Source: Candidatus Coproplasma avistercoris (GTDB lineage: Bacteria; Bacillota; Clostridia; Christensenellales; Borkfalkiaceae). From it: 64,000 nucleotides of DNA. A program made the translations under genes and the position numbers. Shown here one piece after another: positions 9,757 to 17,630 of this stretch (position 1 is the stretch's first letter; the number at the start of each line of letters is the position of its first letter). Location: positions 585-64,584 of the forward strand of contig DVIK01000058.1 in NCBI GenBank assembly GCA_018711385.1, in the 5' to 3' direction. The notes below the pieces were generated by a model, which saw only the letters and a list, made by a program, of their open reading frames with translations, was not told the origin of the DNA and ran no database searches.

Positions 9757-10425
9757 TTACCTCAGCGCCCTGCGCACCGCCCTGAAAATCGCTGGGATCT
9801 CTCCCTTCAGGTTGTCGGCGCACAGCCCGGTATTTTTTATAAATTGTTCGGTGGTGCTGCCGCTGCCCGCTATGTCGGAGATGACTTTGAACGAAAAGCA
9901 GGGTATGCCTGCACGAGCGCACACGTGCGCTATCGCCGCGCCCTCCATGTCGCGTATGTCCGCTCCGAAGTCGCCCGTCAGCATATCGAAGTCTGCGGCG
10001 CTGTCGTTGAAGCGGTCGCCGGTGGCAAGTTTTTTCTCATCGTAGCCTTCGGCGCGGGCAAGGGGCAGCCATCTGTCCTCATACTCATTCAGCGTGCCCA
10101 TCGGCGTGCCGTTTATCTGCCTCAGGTCAAAGTCGTACTCCGCCGCATGCGATATGGCGTAGATGCCGCCCACATGCATGCCGTCGTTCAGCGCGCCCGC
10201 AAGCCCTGCGTTTATTACCGCCTCGGCGCCGAGCGCGTCTGCCGCCAGCTGCGCGCCCGCCGCGGCGTTTACCTTACCCACGTCCGTGACTATCACGGCG
10301 GTCTCTTCTCCGCACAACCTGCCCGAATAAATTTTTCTGCCTGCCCTTACGGAAAGTTCTGCCCCTTGCAGATTTGCAACTACGGGCACAGCCTCGCTCT
10401 CCATGGCTATCACAAAACAAATCAT
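9757..10425 (-). CDS. mtnN: 5'-methylthioadenosine/S-adenosylhomocysteine nucleosidase
   Basis: 222 aa with the PNP_UDP_1 fold pattern (IAMESEA, DMEGAAIAHV). Lies 3 nt upstream of luxS. Confidence 0.8.
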   Translation of the reverse strand: MICFVIAMESEAVPVVANLQGAELSVRAGRKIYSGRLCGEETAVIVTDVGKVNAAAGAQLAADALGAEAVINAGLAGALNDGMHVGGIYAISHAAEYDFDLRQINGTPMGTLNEYEDRWLPLARAEGYDEKKLATGDRFNDSAADFDMLTGDFGADIRDMEGAAIAHVCARAGIPCFSFKVISDIAGSGSTTEQFIKNTGLCADNLKGEIPAIFRAVRRALR

Positions 10426-10534
10426 GCTTCAATTATAGCATCACGCGCGCAATAACGCAAATTTTTGATGCGTTTGCAACAAAAAATAACTTCCCTTCGG
10501 CATATCCGCCGAAAGAAAGCTGTCGTTGCGTAAA

Positions 10535-11035
10535 CTATTCGTGAAAAGTTTTAATTACAAAATCGGTGTTTTCTGCGCATACCGCGGTGACCGCACCGCG
10601 TTCAAAACAGAACGCTATCTTTTCGGGGACGGTTTTTCCGTCCAGCCGCATGCTGCCGCTCGCATACATCAGCCTGCGGTGCAGTGCAAATACCGGGATC
10701 CCGCGCAGTTTGGCATAGGCCTCGCGCGCAGTCCAGTGCATAAAAAAGCTCCTGTCGCCGGCTATCTCGCGTTGCTCCTCCGCGGGGAGGGAGGCGAGTA
10801 TGCTTTTATAATGTTTTGTTTGCAACAATTCGGTATCTACGCCAACATTTATTGGCGATACTGCTATTACGCACAGTCCGCCCGAGTGCGAGAGGTTGAA
10901 AAAGATCTCTCCGTTCTTTGCGCGCGGCTTGCCTTCGCCGTAAATTATCTGCACGGGCGCGCCGTACTCTGCCCGCAAAATCTCAGGCAAAAGCTGCCGC
11001 CTTTTTTCTGTTTTGCAGAAGTAGAGCGCTATCAT
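10535..11035 (-). CDS. Sfp-type 4'-phosphopantetheinyl transferase, N-terminally short (166 aa)
   Basis: Motifs GKP, FNLSHSG, GVDTE and WTAREAYAK. The start ATG 11035 overlaps the stop of the upstream kinase gene as ATGA. The longer track ORF (to 11332) would overlap that gene by 300 nt. Confidence 0.7.
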   Translation of the reverse strand: MIALYFCKTEKRRQLLPEILRAEYGAPVQIIYGEGKPRAKNGEIFFNLSHSGGLCVIAVSPINVGVDTELLQTKHYKSILASLPAEEQREIAGDRSFFMHWTAREAYAKLRGIPVFALHRRLMYASGSMRLDGKTVPEKIAFCFERGAVTAVCAENTDFVIKTFHE

Positions 11036-11943
11036 AGCATCAGCGACTCGATGTATTCTATCTGTTCCCTGGTGGCGAGGTGTTGCGTAAAGGCGCACGC
11101 GCTGCCGGCCGCCGTGGCAAAGTTCAGCGAAGAGAAGTAGTTGCCCGACTTCAGGTATTCGTGAATGAAGCCGGCTATCATGCTGTCGCCCGCGCCCACG
11201 GAATTTACCAGCTGTCCGCGCGCGGCGCGCACGTACAGCGCCTGGTCGGTCTCCGTCACCATCACGGCCCCGTCGCCTCCCATCGAAACTATCACGTTGC
11301 GCGCACCCTGTTTTTGCAGCGAGCGTGCGCAAGCGGCTATCTGTTTGGTGTCGGGCAGGGTCTTCAGCCCGAATATCTCGCTCAGCTCGAATATGTTCGG
11401 CTTTATCAGAAAGGGTCTGTATTTAAGGGTGTTGGTAAGCAGCGCCCCGCAGGCGTCCACTACTATGTTTATGTCCTTTGCGGGCTTTATTTTTTTAAGC
11501 AGGTTTTCGTAAGTCCTGTCGTCGAGCGGCGCGGGCACGCTGCCGCAGATTATCAGCCAGTCGCCCGCCTTCAGCCTTTCGCACAGTTTTTCGGTCAGCC
11601 TGTCCACGTCCCGTTCGCTAACCTTTGCGCCCGTGCCGTTTATGTCCGTTTCGGTTGTGGACTTTATCTTCACGTTTATGCGGCTCTGGCCCTCCACCTC
11701 GATAAACTCGTGTTCAAGCCCCATCCGAGTGATTTTGTCGTCTATCGTCCTGCCGGTAAAGCCCGCAACGAATCCGAATGCAAACGAGCTGTCGCCCAGC
11801 TCTTTCAGCGCAAGCGAAACGTTCAGCCCCTTTCCGCCCACCGAAATGTATTCGCTGACGGTGCGGTTGACTATGCCGCTGCGCAGATTATTCACTTTGA
11901 CGTAGTAATCCAGCGAGGGATTGAACGTAACGGTGTAGATCAT
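11032..11943 (-). CDS. 1-phosphofructokinase / PfkB-family hexose-phosphate kinase
   Basis: 303 aa. N-terminus MIYTVTFNPSLDY, then GGKGLNV and the GAGDSMIAGF anion-hole motif. Confidence 0.8.
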   Translation of the reverse strand: MIYTVTFNPSLDYYVKVNNLRSGIVNRTVSEYISVGGKGLNVSLALKELGDSSFAFGFVAGFTGRTIDDKITRMGLEHEFIEVEGQSRINVKIKSTTETDINGTGAKVSERDVDRLTEKLCERLKAGDWLIICGSVPAPLDDRTYENLLKKIKPAKDINIVVDACGALLTNTLKYRPFLIKPNIFELSEIFGLKTLPDTKQIAACARSLQKQGARNVIVSMGGDGAVMVTETDQALYVRAARGQLVNSVGAGDSMIAGFIHEYLKSGNYFSSLNFATAAGSACAFTQHLATREQIEYIESLML

Positions 11944-12099
11944 ACTGAATAAATACCCTGGCCCGCGTAAAAGCCGGACCGATCTATTAAACTTTATAAT
12001 ATTTGCGCAAAAAAGTCAATGAAAACTTAAAAAGTCGGAAATGAAATTTGTTCCGCGGCGCTAAAACGCACCTGTGCGGAAAATTTTTGCGCCAAAGTA

Positions 12100-12128
12100 T
12101 TGCATTTTTTTGCGCCGGGTAATATAAT
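12100..12128 (+). promoter_or_regulatory. sigma-A type promoter of ssrA
   Basis: TTGCAT (12100-12105), 17 nt, TATAAT (12123-12128). The predicted TSS is about 25 nt upstream of the mature tmRNA 5' end. Confidence 0.65.
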
Positions 12129-12159
12129 AATAATCCGCGGGGCGTTCCCGCGCGTCTTC

Positions 12160-12542
12160 GGGCCTGACTCAGTTTCGATTGCGGGCGGAGGGCGATGTAA
12201 GCATACCGGAGGCACGGCTCCGTAAAAAACGGAACTTAAACTTAAACGCAGAATCGAAAGATTCCAAAGTTGTTGCGTTCCCTGTAAACAGGGCCGCAAT
12301 GGCTTGCGCCGCTTAAATAAGCGGTCCGTCCTTCGCGCAGTTCCGCCGCGCGCGCGGGGCGTCATTCAGGCGGATAACGGTTCGGGCGCTTTTGCCGCGG
12401 TGCCCGTTCCGTAATTTTGCGGCATGCCTGCACGCGCTCCCGTTTACCGGGGTGCGTGCAGTAAGTTCAAAGGTAAACTAAGTATGTAGAAAGCTCGTCC
12501 GAACCCCGTAAGACCAGAGTGCAACTCTCTGCAGGTCCACCA
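12160..12542 (+). ncRNA. ssrA: tmRNA (transfer-messenger RNA)
   Basis: The 5' GGGCCUG (12160-12166) pairs with CAGGUCC (12532-12538), including G3:U70, followed by the encoded ACCA. It has the GUUUCGAUUGCGGG tRNA-like 5' segment and the conserved ...CGUAAAAAAC...UUAAAC pre-tag region. The tag frame runs GCA 12248 to GCU 12313 (AESKDSKVVAFPVNRAAMACAA) with stop TAA 12314-12316. UAUGUAGAAAGC box near the 3' end. The T-arm is CAGAG/CUCUG with loop UGCAACU. Confidence 0.85.
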
Positions 12543-12548
12543 GATCTT

Positions 12549-12580
12549 CAGCCCCCGCGTTGCCGCGGGGCTGAATTTTT
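12549..12580 (+). terminator. rho-independent terminator of ssrA
   Basis: GC stem CAGCCCC(C)GCG/CGCGGGGCTG followed by AATTTTT. Confidence 0.75.
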
Positions 12581-12738
12581 AATGCAAAAACGCCGCATAC
12601 TATGCCGTATCCAAGGCGTTTTTTAATTTTGGAGTGTGTGAAAGTTTAATGAATATTTTCCCGGGGTTTTTCAGATGCTTGTATTATCGTAAGATTTGTT
12701 GTAAACTTTAATCAGTTTTACCCAAGGAGGTTACATTT

Positions 12739-13038
12739 ATGGGTGGAAATAAGGGAAACGGCGGCTTTGCGCTGTTCTGTTGCTTCATCGCGCTCGGCGT
12801 GTCGGCAGTCATTGCCTTCATAACCTATTTGCTCCCGCTGGTGAGCGACAGCATAGTCATAGGCGGCGACGTCATGAACGTTCTCGACATCGTGCTCAAG
12901 GTATCTTCGCTCGTCGGCCTCGGCTTCGGCGCGTTTGCCTTTTCGGCAAGGAGCGGCAAGCTCGTCAAATTCCTGACGGCGATATTCGTGCTCGTGTTCG
13001 TGGTGGCAATCGTGCTCGCCATCGTGGGCATAATCTGA
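12739..13038 (+). CDS. small membrane protein (99 aa, about 3 TM), unknown function
   Basis: AAGGAGG lies 7 nt upstream of the ATG. Hydrophobic throughout. Followed by a terminator. Confidence 0.55.
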   Translation: MGGNKGNGGFALFCCFIALGVSAVIAFITYLLPLVSDSIVIGGDVMNVLDIVLKVSSLVGLGFGAFAFSARSGKLVKFLTAIFVLVFVVAIVLAIVGII

Positions 13039-13056
13039 ATGTGAAAATGCCTTTTT

Positions 13057-13090
13057 GCGGGGCGGACTTCAGGTCCGCCCCGCTTTACGT
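13057..13090 (+). terminator. rho-independent terminator
   Basis: Stem GCGGGGCGGAC/GTCCGCCCCGC with a 5-nt loop, then TTTACGTTT. Confidence 0.7.
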
Positions 13091-13147
13091 TTACTTTTGC
13101 GCGCCGCTCTGTTATAATGTACTTAGTAATGCAAAAGGGGGCAGGAT

Positions 13148-13756
13148 ATGCAACGGATACTCGTTATCGAAGACGACGAAGCGGTAAAGCGCGAGCTGGA
13201 AGCACTCCTCGAAAAAAACGGATACAGCCCGGTGGCTTCGCCTCCGTGCGAGCTTGCTCTTCTGGACGTCAGCCTCCCGAGGGAAGACGGCTTCGCGCTC
13301 TGCCGCAGGCTTAAAGCCGAGGGCGGCTTTCCCGTGATATTCCTCACCGCGCGCGACGCCGCCGAAGACGAACTGCGCGGATTTCTTTCGGGCGGCGACG
13401 ACTACATAAAAAAGCCGTACAATCCCGCGGTGCTGCTCGCGCGCATATCGCGGCTGCTGAAGCACGGCGACGGCCGCGTCACCGTAAACGGACTCACGCT
13501 TGACAGCCTGTCGTTCACCGTGTACTATGGCGGAAATAACGCCGTTTTAACAAAGACGGAACTGCGGATAATGCAGACGCTCATGGAGCGCGGCTCCTGT
13601 ACGCGGACGGAGCTTATAGAGCAGCTGTGGACGGACAGTTGCTATATAGACGAGAACGCGCTGTATGTAAACATTGCGCGCCTGCGCGAAAAACTTCGGG
13701 AGATAGGCGCGGTGGACTTCATAAAGACGGTGAGGGGAGTGGGATACAGCATATGA
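13148..13756 (+). CDS. OmpR-family response regulator (BceR-like by context)
   Basis: 202 aa. Receiver domain (ILVIEDDE, LLDVSLP, KKP) plus a winged-helix C-terminus (LTKTELRIMQ...VRGVGYSI). Confidence 0.85.
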   Translation: MQRILVIEDDEAVKRELEALLEKNGYSPVASPPCELALLDVSLPREDGFALCRRLKAEGGFPVIFLTARDAAEDELRGFLSGGDDYIKKPYNPAVLLARISRLLKHGDGRVTVNGLTLDSLSFTVYYGGNNAVLTKTELRIMQTLMERGSCTRTELIEQLWTDSCYIDENALYVNIARLREKLREIGAVDFIKTVRGVGYSI

Positions 13757-14709
13757 AACTTTCGGCATATTTTCGTTCGCATATTGTGTCGCTTTGCCTT
13801 GTTGTCCTTTTCCTTGCGGGCTGGTGCGTGTTTGCCGCGCTCGCGGGTGTCAACGGCATGGTCATACTGCTCACCGCGCTGGCGGTGTCGCTGTGCGCCG
13901 CCGCGGTGCTTGTCTGCGGCTACATATCCGCGGAAAGGCGGCTGAAAAAGCTGCAGAGGGTCGCGGACGAGCTTGAACGGCCGTACCTTCTGGGCGAGGT
14001 ACTGCAGAGGCCGGTAAACGCCGTGGAGCTCGAATATTTCAACGTAATGAAGACGGTGTCGCGCTCGGCGATAGATGCCGCCGAAAGCGCGGCAAGGCAG
14101 CGCGACGAATACCGCGCCTATGTGGAAAAGTGGGTGCACGAAATAAAGACGCCGCTCACCGCATGCCAGCTGATACTCGCGGGCGGCGGCGATGAAAGCA
14201 AACTGCGCGCCCAGCTGCGCCGCGCCGACAACACAGCCGAGAGCATTCTGTGGTATGCAAGGCTGCAGAGCGCGGGCGCAAGCACGCAGATCGCCGAGGT
14301 CAGCGTGCGCGCCGCCGCGGACGAGGCTGTGAAGAGCGAAATGGAACTGCTGATAGCCGCGGGCGTCTCGGTGAATACGGAGGGCGACTTTACCGCCTGT
14401 ACAGACGGCAAGGCGCTCGTCTTCATGATAAAACAGCTGCTCGTAAACAGCGCCAAGTACTGCCGCGGCGGCAAGGTATGGATATGCGCCGGGCAGGGAG
14501 TGCTCACCTTCGAAGACAACGGATCGGGCATATTGCCGCACGAATTGCCAAAAATTTTCAACCGCGGATATGTGGGTTCCAACGGCAGCGGGGGCACGGG
14601 CATGGGGCTTTACCTGGTAAAGCAGACGTGCGCCGCCCTCGGCATATCGCTCACGGCGCAGTCGGAGAAGGGCAGGTTCACGCGGTTTACCTTCGTGTTT
14701 CCAAAATAG
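13753..14709 (+). CDS. intramembrane-sensing histidine kinase (BceS-like)
   Basis: The start ATG 13753 overlaps the regulator stop as ATGA. Two N-terminal TM segments with almost no loop between them. H-box HEIKTPL; N/G boxes (NSAKY, DNGSGI, GGTGMGL). Confidence 0.8.
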   Translation: MKLSAYFRSHIVSLCLVVLFLAGWCVFAALAGVNGMVILLTALAVSLCAAAVLVCGYISAERRLKKLQRVADELERPYLLGEVLQRPVNAVELEYFNVMKTVSRSAIDAAESAARQRDEYRAYVEKWVHEIKTPLTACQLILAGGGDESKLRAQLRRADNTAESILWYARLQSAGASTQIAEVSVRAAADEAVKSEMELLIAAGVSVNTEGDFTACTDGKALVFMIKQLLVNSAKYCRGGKVWICAGQGVLTFEDNGSGILPHELPKIFNRGYVGSNGSGGTGMGLYLVKQTCAALGISLTAQSEKGRFTRFTFVFPK

Positions 14710-14714
14710 CAACA

Positions 14715-14728
14715 TTACAAAACTGTAA
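14715..14728. promoter_or_regulatory. candidate BceR-type operator (inverted repeat TTACA-N4-TGTAA)
   Basis: Exact inverted repeat TTACAAAACTGTAA about 30 nt upstream of a GTGACT -35 (14751-14756) and TGTTAAAAT extended -10 (14771-14779), ahead of the ABC ATPase gene. Confidence 0.45.
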
Positions 14729-14807
14729 GGCGGGCGCACGGTCGCTTTTGGTGACTTTGCGCCTTTTTTGTGTTAAAATAGGGTCAGGAAAGCATAAGGG
14801 GGATAGT

Positions 14808-15575
14808 ATGCAACAGGAAATTCTCAAAGTCACCAATGCGGAGAAGTACTTCGGCAACGGCAGCGTGGTCACTCGCGCGCTCGACGGCATCTCGTTTGCC
14901 GTGAACAAGGGCGAATTTGTGGCGGTCATGGGTGCGTCCGGCTCGGGCAAGACGACGCTGCTCAACGTCATCGCCACCATCGAACCTTTAAGCTCGGGCG
15001 AGATAGCGGTGGACGGCACTGTGCTTTCGCAGCTCAAAGAGGAGCACCTCGCCGCATTCCGCCGCGACAAGCTGGGCTTTATATTCCAGGAATATAACCT
15101 GCTCGACACGCTCACCGTCGAGGAAAACATCGTGCTTCCGCTCAACCTCCGCAGGACGGATACCGAAACGACGAGGATGGAGCTTGAAAGGGTGAGCGGC
15201 GCGCTGGGCGTTACCGACCAGCTGAAAAAGTTCCCGCACGAACTTTCGGGCGGCCAGCGCCAGCGCGTGGCGTGTGCGCGCGCCGTGATAACGTCGCCCG
15301 CGGTCATCCTCGCCGACGAACCTACGGGCGCGCTCGATTCCAAAAATTCGCGCAACCTTATGGAGCTGTTTAGGCTTATGAACGGCTCGCTCGGCTCCAC
15401 CATACTCATGGTGACCCACGACGCGGGCGTGGCGTCCTATTCCGACCGCGTGATATTCCTGCGCGACGGCAAAATATTCACCGAGATCTATTGCGGCGGC
15501 AGGGCGCGCGGCGAATTTTACGGCGATATACTCGCCGGCATGGCGGCTTCGGGAGGTGAGGGTGATGCTGTTTAA
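14808..15575 (+). CDS. ABC transporter ATP-binding protein (BceA/MacB-type)
   Basis: Start ATG 14808 (MQQEILKV...), preceded by AAGGGGGA. Walker A GASGSGKTT, signature LSGGQRQR, Walker B ILADEPTGALD. The track ORF from 14250 is an upstream read-through artefact. Confidence 0.9.
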   Translation: MQQEILKVTNAEKYFGNGSVVTRALDGISFAVNKGEFVAVMGASGSGKTTLLNVIATIEPLSSGEIAVDGTVLSQLKEEHLAAFRRDKLGFIFQEYNLLDTLTVEENIVLPLNLRRTDTETTRMELERVSGALGVTDQLKKFPHELSGGQRQRVACARAVITSPAVILADEPTGALDSKNSRNLMELFRLMNGSLGSTILMVTHDAGVASYSDRVIFLRDGKIFTEIYCGGRARGEFYGDILAGMAASGGEGDAV

Positions 15576-17493
15576 GCTCGCGGCGCGCAACGTGCGCAGG
15601 CAGATAGGCAGCTATCTCATCTACTTTATTACGGTGTCGCTGACTATCGCGCTGATATTTGCGGTGAACAACATGATCTACAGCGACGTGATTGATACTC
15701 TCGTCGATCAGATGGGTGACTTCATCCGTCCCATTCTTGTGATCATTTCGTGCATAATGTGCATCATAATGGCGTTCGTCATAGGCTACGCCACCAACTT
15801 CCTGCTGCGCCGCAGGAAAAAGGAGTTCGGCCTGTATCTTACGCTCGGCATGACGAGGGACAATATTTTAAGCATATTCGCGGGTGAAACGGTGATCACA
15901 TTCCTCGTTTCGCTCGTCGCGGGCATGCTCGTCGGGCTGGGGCTGTACCAGGGCTTCATGGTAATCTTCACAAACTTCATCGATTACGTATATACCCCGG
16001 GCGGCTACACATTCTCCGGTTTCGGCATAACGCTTGCGATGGTGGTGGCGATATTCTTTATAGCGTTTGCGGCTTCGCTCGGCTACCTGCGCTATGCAAA
16101 GATAGCAACATTGTTGCACGGCGAAAATACGTCTGAAAAGAAGGTTCGCGCCCCCGCAATGTGGATAGGGTTACTTGTAGTGGCGGTGGCGCTGTTCATA
16201 ATCGCAAGCTGCTCGCTTATAGGCTGGATGCGGCAGGGCAACTTCTTCTGGCATATCGGCGAACTCACTCTGATCGTGCTTGCGCTGCTCGCCTCGGTAT
16301 TCATGTTTCCGCTCTGCCTTGCCAAGGTGGTGTTCTGGGCGCTGCTCAAACGCAGCTGCTGCTCCTCGCGCGGGGCGGGCAGGTTCACCGTGCGCCAGCT
16401 TTCCGGCAAGCTGACGTCGAACGGGCTGATGATGGGCACGCTAAGCCTGCTGCTCGCGGTCGCCATAGTCGGGCCGAATATCTTCCTTTCGATGACGGGC
16501 ACGATGAACGAACAGCTCGACAGCGAGTATACCTACGACATAACGGCGAGCAATAACGCCGATATACACGGCAGCCAGATGGACAAGGTAGACGACGTGC
16601 TGGAGATCATCGAAGAGTATGCCGATATAGAAAGTTATGTTGCGTATTCGCGCTATTACGACGACTATGATAATGAATTATTCCTGGTAGTGCTTGAAAG
16701 CGACTTTGCAAAACTGTGCGCGATCCGGGGTTATTCTCCGCCCGACTTCGGCGGAAAACTTGTGCGGTGCGCCGTCTCTGAGGGCGGAGGGTTCTCGTTC
16801 GTGCCCTCTTCGGAGAGCGGATATGCCGGTACGATGTACATTCCCGACGATTTGTTTGTGGGAGGGAATTCGCCCGACGATTATACCGTTGCGCCCGACG
16901 AATGGAGGGAGCGGCTGATGCCGGATTGCGAAATTCTGGCGGTGAACCTCGTGAGCAACGACTACGACGCCCGCGCGCTCTATGCCGAACTCATGCTGTT
17001 TACCACAGGCTCCACAGACGGCGATAATGTCTATTTATTTAAGCTGCGCGAATGGTACAGGCTGCGCGACATAAGCCAGGTAGGGCTGTTCCTGCTGGGC
17101 GATCTGTATATCTCGGCGGTGTTCGTGCTGCTGTCCGTGGCGCTGCTCGCGCTCAAGGTGCTCTCCATGATAACGGAAGACAGACCGCGTTACCGTGCGC
17201 TGTGGCGGCTGGGTGCTTCGGAAGGCACTATGGCGCGCTCGCTGTTCGTGCAGATGCTTGTGCTGTTTTTTCTGCCGTTCTTCGCGCCGCTGCTGCTGAA
17301 CATCCCGCTGTATGTGGCGATAAACACGCTTGCTGCGATCTCTTCCATGCCGATGGCCACGGCTTCGCTGCCGGGGCAGCTGCTTGGCCTGTCGGGCGCA
17401 GTTCTCGCGGTGTTCGCGGTATATTTCCTCGCCTCGTTCCTCGTCGCCTGGCGCGACGTTAAGTCCAACATCCGCGTCGAGGTCAGGGATTGA
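15565..17493 (+). CDS. FtsX-family ABC permease, BceB-type (10 TM with a large extracellular domain)
   Basis: ATG 15565 lies 8 nt after GGGAGG; the track starts at GTG 15556. About 640 aa with a hydrophilic block of roughly 200 aa between TM clusters, as in BceB-like permeases. Confidence 0.8.
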   Translation: MLFKLAARNVRRQIGSYLIYFITVSLTIALIFAVNNMIYSDVIDTLVDQMGDFIRPILVIISCIMCIIMAFVIGYATNFLLRRRKKEFGLYLTLGMTRDNILSIFAGETVITFLVSLVAGMLVGLGLYQGFMVIFTNFIDYVYTPGGYTFSGFGITLAMVVAIFFIAFAASLGYLRYAKIATLLHGENTSEKKVRAPAMWIGLLVVAVALFIIASCSLIGWMRQGNFFWHIGELTLIVLALLASVFMFPLCLAKVVFWALLKRSCCSSRGAGRFTVRQLSGKLTSNGLMMGTLSLLLAVAIVGPNIFLSMTGTMNEQLDSEYTYDITASNNADIHGSQMDKVDDVLEIIEEYADIESYVAYSRYYDDYDNELFLVVLESDFAKLCAIRGYSPPDFGGKLVRCAVSEGGGFSFVPSSESGYAGTMYIPDDLFVGGNSPDDYTVAPDEWRERLMPDCEILAVNLVSNDYDARALYAELMLFTTGSTDGDNVYLFKLREWYRLRDISQVGLFLLGDLYISAVFVLLSVALLALKVLSMITEDRPRYRALWRLGASEGTMARSLFVQMLVLFFLPFFAPLLLNIPLYVAINTLAAISSMPMATASLPGQLLGLSGAVLAVFAVYFLASFLVAWRDVKSNIRVEVRD

Positions 17494-17630
17494 AACAAGC
17501 GGGCCTCGCCCTGCAAAAAACTGCGCCCGCGGCAGATTGCCGCGGGCGCAGGTGCTAAAGTTTGGAAACTTCGTTGCATATCCGGCGTGTGTGTGATATC
17601 ATATAATCGCAGGGTTATAAGGAGTATACC

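Noticed and set aside
11036-11332. Long form of the PPTase ORF (10535..11332)
   Set aside because: It would overlap the kinase gene by 300 nt. The extension (RGRDGDGDRPGAVRARR...) is shadow-frame-like, and the ATGA-coupled start at 11035 is the parsimonious choice.
12027-12365. 112-aa minus-strand ORF
   Set aside because: It overlaps the tmRNA gene on the opposite strand, and the tmRNA explains the conservation-like structure.
13627-15575. Extended N-termini of track ORFs 13627..14709 and 14250..15575
   Set aside because: The extensions overlap upstream genes in other frames. Internal starts at 13753 (ATGA-coupled) and 14808 (RBS, canonical ABC N-terminus) fit better.
17521-17551. Terminator after the BceB-like permease
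   Set aside because: There is a good 12-bp GC stem (CTGCGCCCGCGG/CCGCGGGCGCAG) but no U-tract after it. I left it uncalled as a terminator; it may still be a structured 3' element.
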